Of a stretch of DNA of 11,988 nt, positions 6,840-11,988 are shown piece by piece. Position 1 is the stretch's first letter. Each line of letters opens with the position of its first letter. The translations under genes were made by a program, and so were the position numbers. This stretch comes from Okeania sp. (GTDB lineage: Bacteria; Cyanobacteriota; Cyanobacteriia; Cyanobacteriales; Microcoleaceae). The DNA is taken from positions 1 through 11,988 of the forward strand of contig NZ_JAYKGW010000219.1 in NCBI RefSeq assembly GCF_035285525.1, in the 5' to 3' direction. The notes under the pieces are model-generated. The model was not told where the DNA came from. It ran no database searches and saw only the letters and a program-made list of their open reading frames with translations.

Positions 6840-7451
6840 ATGTGGGCAAACTGTATAAATAACCTATCTCCTTTTCAAGGTGACTTGAACGTAAAAATAC
6901 CAAAGTTGTTGAAGAGAGCTTTCAATGAAAAGGGGATATTTAATGAAGACGAAATGTTTATGCCTATTCGTATAGTTAATATTTTAGGTCGTTGCAGTAC
7001 AGCTATGTATCCTGATTGTCCTAATACTCCTCAACATCATTTACATCGTGTTCAAAGAAGGGAAGGCGATCCAAATTATGATATAGGTAGATACTATTGG
7101 TTTGATTTTGATATTGTCGGAATAGATGGATTATTATTACCATTACGGACAGTTTTTAATGAAGGTGATGCTGATTGTAATGATGGTTTTTGGGGAGTTG
7201 TTTGGGAGCGTAATACTGAAAAAATTATTGCTAATATTATTAGTAGTGGTGATATGGAAACAACAGTAGAAGCTGTTTCAAAACAACACATAAATATGTA
7301 TCAATCTCAGGAAATTTTAATTCCTACTATTTTTGATAGTGATGATGATAATGGTGGTTTATTAGATGATATAATACCTGCTAATAATTTAAAGCTAGAA
7401 AAAATTATACGTTTAGCGATTCAGTTTTTCTATGAATTAATACATGAATAA
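6840..7451 (+). CDS. Hypothetical protein, 203 aa, no family recognised (Cys/His cluster plus acidic C-terminal half)
   Basis: This is a long open frame in AT-rich DNA with non-repetitive, mixed composition. The cluster is C52-x7-C60-x5-HH-x-H (6993-7046). An acidic run is FDSDDDNGGLLDD. The start is uncertain; M39/M41 (6954/6960) are alternatives. Confidence 0.65.
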   Translation: MWANCINNLSPFQGDLNVKIPKLLKRAFNEKGIFNEDEMFMPIRIVNILGRCSTAMYPDCPNTPQHHLHRVQRREGDPNYDIGRYYWFDFDIVGIDGLLLPLRTVFNEGDADCNDGFWGVVWERNTEKIIANIISSGDMETTVEAVSKQHINMYQSQEILIPTIFDSDDDNGGLLDDIIPANNLKLEKIIRLAIQFFYELIHE

Positions 7452-7812
7452 TTAGAGTTTGCTTATGAAAGTCTGTTAGTGAAGAAAGAGAACAGGCAAA
7501 AGATAATAGCAAAGAAGAAAAAAAGAAGAGAAAAATATAAATAAAAAAAGCAGAAAAATGAATAATAATAGCTATTTTTAAGGATATCTGATTGAGACGG
7601 ATATTTTTGTATAATTATTTTTTCAAATTGGTATTACAGGTAAAGGTAAGTGTCTTTTTAAGTTCTGATTTATCGGGAACCCTAAAAGTTCAATTTTTTA
7701 GATGTTTCAGGTTTCTCAAGTTAGTATTTTTTTTTGGTAAAGTGAGGCAGAAAAATTACTCTTACTATTATAAACTACCATCTTTTTTATAACTCCCATT
7801 TGTCTTGACTCT

Positions 7813-7840
7813 GTAGGGAAGTTGTATGCAACTTCCCTAC
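7813..7840. terminator. Perfect 12-bp stem / 4-nt loop hairpin between convergent genes (possible terminator; no U-tract)
   Basis: gtagggaagttg (7813-7824) tatg caacttccctac (7829-7840). It sits 42 nt downstream of the LpxB-like stop (7882, minus strand) and downstream of the 6840-7451 gene. The arms contain the STRR core GTAGGG/CCCTAC. No T-run follows on either strand. Confidence 0.35.
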
Positions 7841-7881
7841 TTCCTACTCGTTACCTCAACAAAAAGAGTATTTTTTGTTTT

Positions 7882-9078
7882 CTATTGCTTACTCAAATAT
7901 TGAACTATATAATTAGCTATTTTCTCACTACCACCTGGTTTTCCCATTCTTTCTAAACCATTCTGAATACAAGCTTCTAAATATTCTTGATCTGCCAAAA
8001 CTTCTTTAACTTTTTGAGCAGCTTCTTGTAGAATTAAACTATTAGCTGGTTGTTTACCAATAACCTGTACTGAAGAACCTAAAAGTCTAGTTTGAGCTTC
8101 CGCAAAACGATAAGTAAATGACGGACCATTACCAGGAATAGTAATTACAGGTTTTCCTAATCCTACCGCTTGTTCTATAGCAGTTCCTGCCATACCAATT
8201 ACTAAATTTGAATACTGTAAAATATCTGCAAAAGCATCCTCATAACAAATTACTTCTATTGAAAATTCCTTAGTTGAAAATATTAATTTATTGCCTTGAT
8301 ATTCCCAACCTTCAGAAGTAGAAATAGCCTCTAACTCAGACATTAAAATTGGTACAATTGTAGCTCTAAACTGACAAACATTTTCTCCCATAACTTTGAC
8401 AATTTCTCTAACAAGTTTCAACAATAAACATAAATTTTTTCCAGCTTCTGGTAATCGAGAACCAGGCAAAATAGCAATAGTAAATAATTTTGGTTTAAGT
8501 AGTAAATTTTTCCCTGTTGAAGTTAAATTATCCATCACTGGTGTGCCCACAAATTCTGCTTTTTTAATTCCTTGTTGGTTTAAATCTTTTGCCGTAAAAG
8601 TATCCCTAGCAAAAACTTTTAAACATCGAGAATTATTTAGTAACTTAGGCAATATTAAACCTAAATTAATTCGACCTTCATAATAACTCGAATCAGCCGA
8701 AAGAAATACTATATAAGGAACCTTTGTCGAATAGGCGATCGCTGCCACGACAATATCCCCAGTAGCCATAATTAAGTCGCAATTTTTAGTAAATTTCCAA
8801 ACTGCTTGTAACTGTTGCCAAGTTAAACTAATTAACCCTTTTTTCAAATCTTGAAGTAAGAGTAAAGGATTAAGATATAAAAATCCTCCCGACGGCATAT
8901 TTGCTGTAGGATTAATAATTGGTATATTTAAACTTTTATAACTATTACCAGAACCAACAATAGGCATAGCTGATATATTTATATCTGGAGAAATCTTGGT
9001 TAAAGCTTTAATAATTTGACAATTATGAGTATCTTCTCCATGACCATTGCTTAAAAAAAGAATATTTTTTGTTTTCAT
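7882..9078 (-). CDS. Lipid-A-disaccharide synthase-related protein (LpxB-like GT-B glycosyltransferase), 398 aa from ATG 9078
   Basis: The N-terminus MKTKNILFLSNGHGEDTHNCQII and the C-terminal nucleotide-sugar-binding-type block VIGMAGTAIEQAVGLGKPVITIPG fit the LpxB-related family common in cyanobacteria. The track ORF starts at a TTG (9141) and its first 21 codons cross an STRR (9087-9101), so ATG 9078..9076 is preferred. Confidence 0.75.
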   Translation of the reverse strand: MKTKNILFLSNGHGEDTHNCQIIKALTKISPDINISAMPIVGSGNSYKSLNIPIINPTANMPSGGFLYLNPLLLLQDLKKGLISLTWQQLQAVWKFTKNCDLIMATGDIVVAAIAYSTKVPYIVFLSADSSYYEGRINLGLILPKLLNNSRCLKVFARDTFTAKDLNQQGIKKAEFVGTPVMDNLTSTGKNLLLKPKLFTIAILPGSRLPEAGKNLCLLLKLVREIVKVMGENVCQFRATIVPILMSELEAISTSEGWEYQGNKLIFSTKEFSIEVICYEDAFADILQYSNLVIGMAGTAIEQAVGLGKPVITIPGNGPSFTYRFAEAQTRLLGSSVQVIGKQPANSLILQEAAQKVKEVLADQEYLEACIQNGLERMGKPGGSEKIANYIVQYLSKQ

Positions 9079-9086
9079 ATTAATTA

Positions 9087-9101
9087 GGGAGTAGGGAGTA
9101 G
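9087..9101. repeat. STRR heptamer GGGAGTA, 2 copies
   Basis: gggagtagggagtag, 9 nt upstream (on the minus strand) of the LpxB-like ATG. Confidence 0.9.
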
Positions 9102-10007
9102 AAAAAAAGCTATTTATTGGTAAGCATTCAGCAGTCAGCAAACAGCGGTCAGCTATTTATTTTACTTTGAGATAAAAGCTTTATGATACGGTTCCCGATA
9201 AATCAACAATTTTTCTGATACAGAAATTCAGCTTTCACTTTCTTTATTCGCTTAAATATCCTTCTGAAGATTAAGCTTTTTATTACTGAAGTACTGAGGT
9301 GCTAATAGCTGTTTGCGCAGCATTCTTCAGGAAATGCTGATATTTATTCTGATTCTATTTATTTACTTCATTTTTCTCTGTTATACCAATTTTCAAAGGG
9401 AGTAGAGTTGAATAATGAATAATTAAAAATTAGTAATTAATAATTAACAGTTACCTCTTTTTATAAGCTATTAATCATTAAGAAGTCAGCCGTCAGCTAG
9501 TCCTATTTGGAAGAACTTCAAGTTATTAAGTTACTATTAAATCCCTATAAATAATTACAGCGTATTCCACTTTTACCAAATAATTAATAATTAAATAATT
9601 AAATGATTTGCGCCTTGAAGCCTCCCCTTTCAAGGGGAAATAAATAAATTTTTTCCTTTTATTCAATCCTATCCATCTTTAGGGAGAGGTAATTATCAAT
9701 TATCCATTATTGAAGAGTTACACTTACGGGGTTAAGATGCCCGCACTGGTAAAATTTAATTATCAATATCTATACTTCATCTACTTTAAATATGCTGTAA
9801 AATTGATGAATAATTTTATTCATAAACTCACCTTTAATTTGCTTAATTTTTTTAAACGCTGATAGCTAAATGCTTACTAAAGGAGAACATTAGTTCAAAG
9901 GATTTTTTTTGATAACAAAAACACTCTAGATATTCAACGAAATATAATATCATACTTATAGGGTGCATCTCATAGATAGAGCGCAAAAATACTTTTTTTC
10001 TATTCTC

Positions 10008-10021
10008 TGTTCCCTGTTCCC
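10008..10021. repeat. STRR heptamer TGTTCCC, 2 copies (reverse complement of GGGAACA)
   Basis: tgttccctgttccc, 24 nt upstream of the corA ATG. Confidence 0.9.
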
Positions 10022-10044
10022 TCCATACCTATTGCTTAAAATTA

Positions 10045-11214
10045 ATGGTAGATTTAACTAAAGTACAATCCATTTTTCCTAAATTATCTTCAGAAGAAGA
10101 ATCTTATTGTGACTATCATTACGATGATCCAGAAGATTTGCCTGGTAATCTTGATTTACAACCCAATGCTTTACCACCCAAAATAACTTTAACAGACTAT
10201 ACAGAAAATATAGTTAGCAAAACAGAAATATCAAATCCAGAGGATTGTATTCCCTACCTCAAATCTGATTCAGTTTCTTGGATAAATATGCTTGGTCTAG
10301 GTAATAAAATTACTTGGCAACAAATGGCAAAAGTATTTAAAATACATCCTTTAACTGTTGGAGATATTGTTAATGTTCCCCAAAGACCTAAAGTGATCAA
10401 TAATAAAAATCAAATCATAATTATTACCTGGATAGTGAGAATTATATCAGATTTAGAACCATTTGAAAAAGAACAAGTAAGTATTATTTTAGGAGAAAAA
10501 TATTTAATCACAGTTCAAGAAACTTCCGAATATGATTGTCTAAAAACAGTACAACAAAGAATCAAAAATAATCAAGGTATTATCCGCAGAGAAAAAGCAG
10601 ATTATTTAGCTTATTCTTTACTAGATACAATTATTGATGGTTTTTTCCCAGTTTTAGAAGAATATGGAGAACGAATAGAAAAATTAGAAGATGAAATAGT
10701 ATTTAACCCTGCTCGCGAGAGTATGCAAAAAATTTATAAACTGCGACGAGAACTCTTAACACTACGTCGAGCTATTTGGTCATTAAGAGAAGCAATTAAT
10801 ATTTTGATTAGAGATGGTGCAGATTTAATTCAACCTGAGATATTAGTTTATTTTAGAGACTGTTATGAACATACAATTCAACTTAGAGACATAGTAGAAA
10901 CTTATCGAGATTTAGCTTCAGATTTAATGGATATTTATCTATCTTCTGTCAGCAATAAAATGAATGAAGTAATGAAATTACTAACTGTAATTTCTTCAAT
11001 TTTTATTCCATTAACTTTTATCGCTGGAGTTTATGGCATGAATTTTAACCCAGAAATATCTCCTTGGAATATGCCAGAATTAAATTGGCGTTATGGCTAT
11101 CTCTTTTGCTTATTAATAATGTTTGTTACTGCTGTTTGTTTAATTTATTTCTTTTTGCAAAAAGGATGGTTTGAGAATCTTTCAATTATTATTAAAGAAA
11201 AAGAAAGGGAGTAG
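10045..11214 (+). CDS. corA: CorA-family magnesium/cobalt transport protein, 389 aa
   Basis: The signature YGMNF (GMN at 11035-11043) lies between two C-terminal TM helices (LLTVISSIFIPLTFIAGVYGMNF ... YGYLFCLLIMFVTAVCLIYFF). A long coiled-coil stalk precedes it (LRRELLTLRRAIWSLREA). The N-terminus is roughly 60 aa longer than I would expect for a minimal CorA. Confidence 0.92.
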   Translation: MVDLTKVQSIFPKLSSEEESYCDYHYDDPEDLPGNLDLQPNALPPKITLTDYTENIVSKTEISNPEDCIPYLKSDSVSWINMLGLGNKITWQQMAKVFKIHPLTVGDIVNVPQRPKVINNKNQIIIITWIVRIISDLEPFEKEQVSIILGEKYLITVQETSEYDCLKTVQQRIKNNQGIIRREKADYLAYSLLDTIIDGFFPVLEEYGERIEKLEDEIVFNPARESMQKIYKLRRELLTLRRAIWSLREAINILIRDGADLIQPEILVYFRDCYEHTIQLRDIVETYRDLASDLMDIYLSSVSNKMNEVMKLLTVISSIFIPLTFIAGVYGMNFNPEISPWNMPELNWRYGYLFCLLIMFVTAVCLIYFFLQKGWFENLSIIIKEKERE

Positions 11215-11228
11215 GGAATAGGGAGTAG
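11207..11228. repeat. STRR heptamers GGGAGTA GGGAATA GGGAGTA overlapping the corA stop
   Basis: The last corA codons agg gag tag (stop 11212-11214) are part of the repeat. Confidence 0.9.
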
Positions 11229-11399
11229 TTAAGAATCAAGATAAATAGGGATTTATAGCGAAATACAGTTCAGTTAAAACAAAAAGTCTTATGATATGAA
11301 AGCATAATGTAAGCTTTTTAGGCTACAAAACTGCAAAAAAAAATCCTTAACTTAACCGTATTGAATTATAATTTTAAATAAAAAAAAGTCATCCAGTAG

Positions 11400-11461
11400 G
11401 GTGCGTTAGACGGCAAAAATTTAGACTATGAAAGATATTTCACAATCCGTCGTAACGCACC
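11400..11461. repeat. Long hairpin / inverted repeat with GGTGCGTTA arms
   Basis: ggtgcgttagacgg (11400-11413) pairs with ccgtcgtaacgcacc (11447-11461). This gives 14 bp with a one-base bulge (g11452) and a 33-nt loop. The arm core GGTGCGTTA recurs in direct orientation at 11489 and 11583. Confidence 0.85.
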
Positions 11462-11470
11462 ATTTTACAT

Positions 11471-11657
11471 GTTTCAATCCTACTAAAAGGTGCGTTACTA
11501 CGCCATGTAATTTTTGATAGTTCAAAGATAGTTGGTTATAAGCGCTTTTTCATGCCCTATCTTGTCTCAATACTAACTAAAAGGTGCGTTACTACGCCAT
11601 GTAATTTTTGATAGTTCAAAGATAGTTGGTTATAAGCGCTTTTTCATGCCCTATCTT
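11471..11657. repeat. Tandem duplication, period 94 bp, with an exact 81-bp core
   Basis: 11483-11563 and 11577-11657 are identical (ctaaaaggtgcgttactacgccatgtaatttttgatagttcaaagatagttggttataagcgctttttcatgccctatctt). The linkers are similar but not identical: gtttcaatcctac vs gtctcaatactaa, with a third partial aatactaact at 11659-11668. Each unit has an internal 7-bp inverted repeat aagatag/ctatctt. Confidence 0.95.
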
Positions 11658-11771
11658 AAAATACTAACTTTTTCAGATAAACCCGCCCCTACCCCATGAA
11701 CTATTTGAGGTGTGTTGCTCTACTAGGGGAAAAAGATTGTTGTTGGGTTTCGTCTATTTACTACCGTTTTA

Positions 11772-11988
11772 GAGGCAAATTTATCTAAATCTGAAAATAA
11801 ACATGAAAATTATGACTAAAACCTACCCCTACTCATGGGAGGCAAATTTATCTAAATCTGAAAATAAACATGAAAATTATGACTAAAACCTGCCCCTACT
11901 CATGGCAGGCAAATTTATCTAAATCTGAAAATAAACATGAAAATTATGACTAAAACCTACCCCTACTCATGGGAGGCAAATTTATCTA
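11772..11988. repeat. 67-bp tandem repeat, at least 3.2 copies, truncated by the window end; each unit carries a hairpin
   Basis: Unit starts (ggcaaattt) are at 11774, 11841, 11908, 11975. Units are identical except positions 11825/11892/11959 (A/G/A) and 11839/11906/11973 (G/C/G). A degenerate partial copy (ataaacccgcccctaccccatg) is at ~11676-11698. Confidence 0.95.

Noticed and set aside
7094-7291. 65-aa minus-strand ORF
   Set aside because: It lies entirely antisense within the better-supported 6840-7451 ORF. It has S/P/I-rich low-complexity sequence and no motif.
7478-7560. ~80-nt almost pure purine (A/G) tract on the plus strand downstream of the 6840-7451 gene
   Set aside because: It is a real strand asymmetry but low-complexity A-rich spacer. 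There is no repeat unit, ORF or structure to attach a function to.
7592-7792. 66-aa plus-strand ORF (MRRIFLYNYFFKLVLQVKV...)
   Set aside because: It has a TTG start and F/L/K-rich sequence typical of chance ORFs in T-rich AT DNA. It has no RBS or motif. The region looks like intergenic spacer between convergent genes.
8396-8683. 95-aa plus-strand ORF
   Set aside because: It is antisense inside the LpxB-related gene, whose frame carries recognisable GT-B motifs. The antisense product has no features.
9079-9141. N-terminal 21 codons of the track's 419-aa LpxB-like ORF
   Set aside because: It starts at TTG and crosses the GGGAGTA repeat (..FSTPYSLIN). ATG at 9078 yields MKTKNILFLSNGHGED, the expected family N-terminus.
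9334-9405. 23-aa extremely hydrophobic peptide as a type I toxin
   Set aside because: T-rich AT DNA yields F/I/L-rich chance ORFs readily. The SD-like AGGA is too close to the ATG and I cannot assess conservation. It is kept only as a minor note in the intergenic-region finding.
9142-10044. Mg2+-sensing riboswitch (M-box) or other known leader upstream of corA
   Set aside because: I could not recognise any conserved riboswitch core, and such leaders are not typical for cyanobacterial corA. It needs an Infernal/Rfam scan, not eyeballing.
11772-11988. CRISPR array (a 67-bp period is in the CRISPR repeat-plus-spacer range)
   Set aside because: The whole 67-bp unit is repeated nearly identically. 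There are no unique spacers between conserved repeats and no cas genes in the window, so it is a plain tandem repeat.

Overview
This is a visibly AT-rich window from a cyanobacterial chromosome. Evidence for that origin: five HIP1 octamers (GCGATCGC at 401, 2071, 6031, 6054, 8735) and many intergenic heptamer tandem repeats (STRR-type: GGGAACA, CCCTACT/AGTAGGG, AATTATT, GTCAGCN), as seen in filamentous Nostocales-like genomes. All protein family calls come from motifs I read in the translations; no database search was possible.

The left ~4.9 kb looks accessory. Three features lie co-directionally on the minus strand: a small PD-(D/E)XK (HsdR_N-like) nuclease (3479-4090), a large DEAD/DEAH helicase with a C-terminal MrfA-type Zn-binding/DUF1998 domain and an unusual N-terminal extension (394-3114), and a decayed Mrr_N-type restriction-endonuclease gene (1-249). 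Beside them are a multiply frameshifted IS630-like transposase remnant (~4340-4600) and an orphan HicB-like antitoxin (4639-4866). The nuclease plus helicase/DUF1998 pair is my best candidate for an uncharacterised defence or repair module.

The middle and right parts are mostly housekeeping: a VanX/DdpX-type D-Ala-D-Ala dipeptidase (5149-5856), an LpxB-related GT-B glycosyltransferase (7882-9078), and a CorA Mg2+/Co2+ channel (10045-11214). Interspersed are an orphan 203-aa protein (6840-7451) and two possible small membrane proteins (6132-6329 and 6427-6585).

The last ~600 bp is a composite repeat zone: a GGTGCGTTA-armed hairpin, an exact 81-bp duplication with 94-bp period, and a 67-bp tandem array (at least 3.2 copies, running off the window). 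The only two variable bases in that array face each other in a hairpin. Four ORFs in the supplied track are rejected as repeat-derived or antisense artefacts, and two have TTG-extended N-termini that I trimmed.
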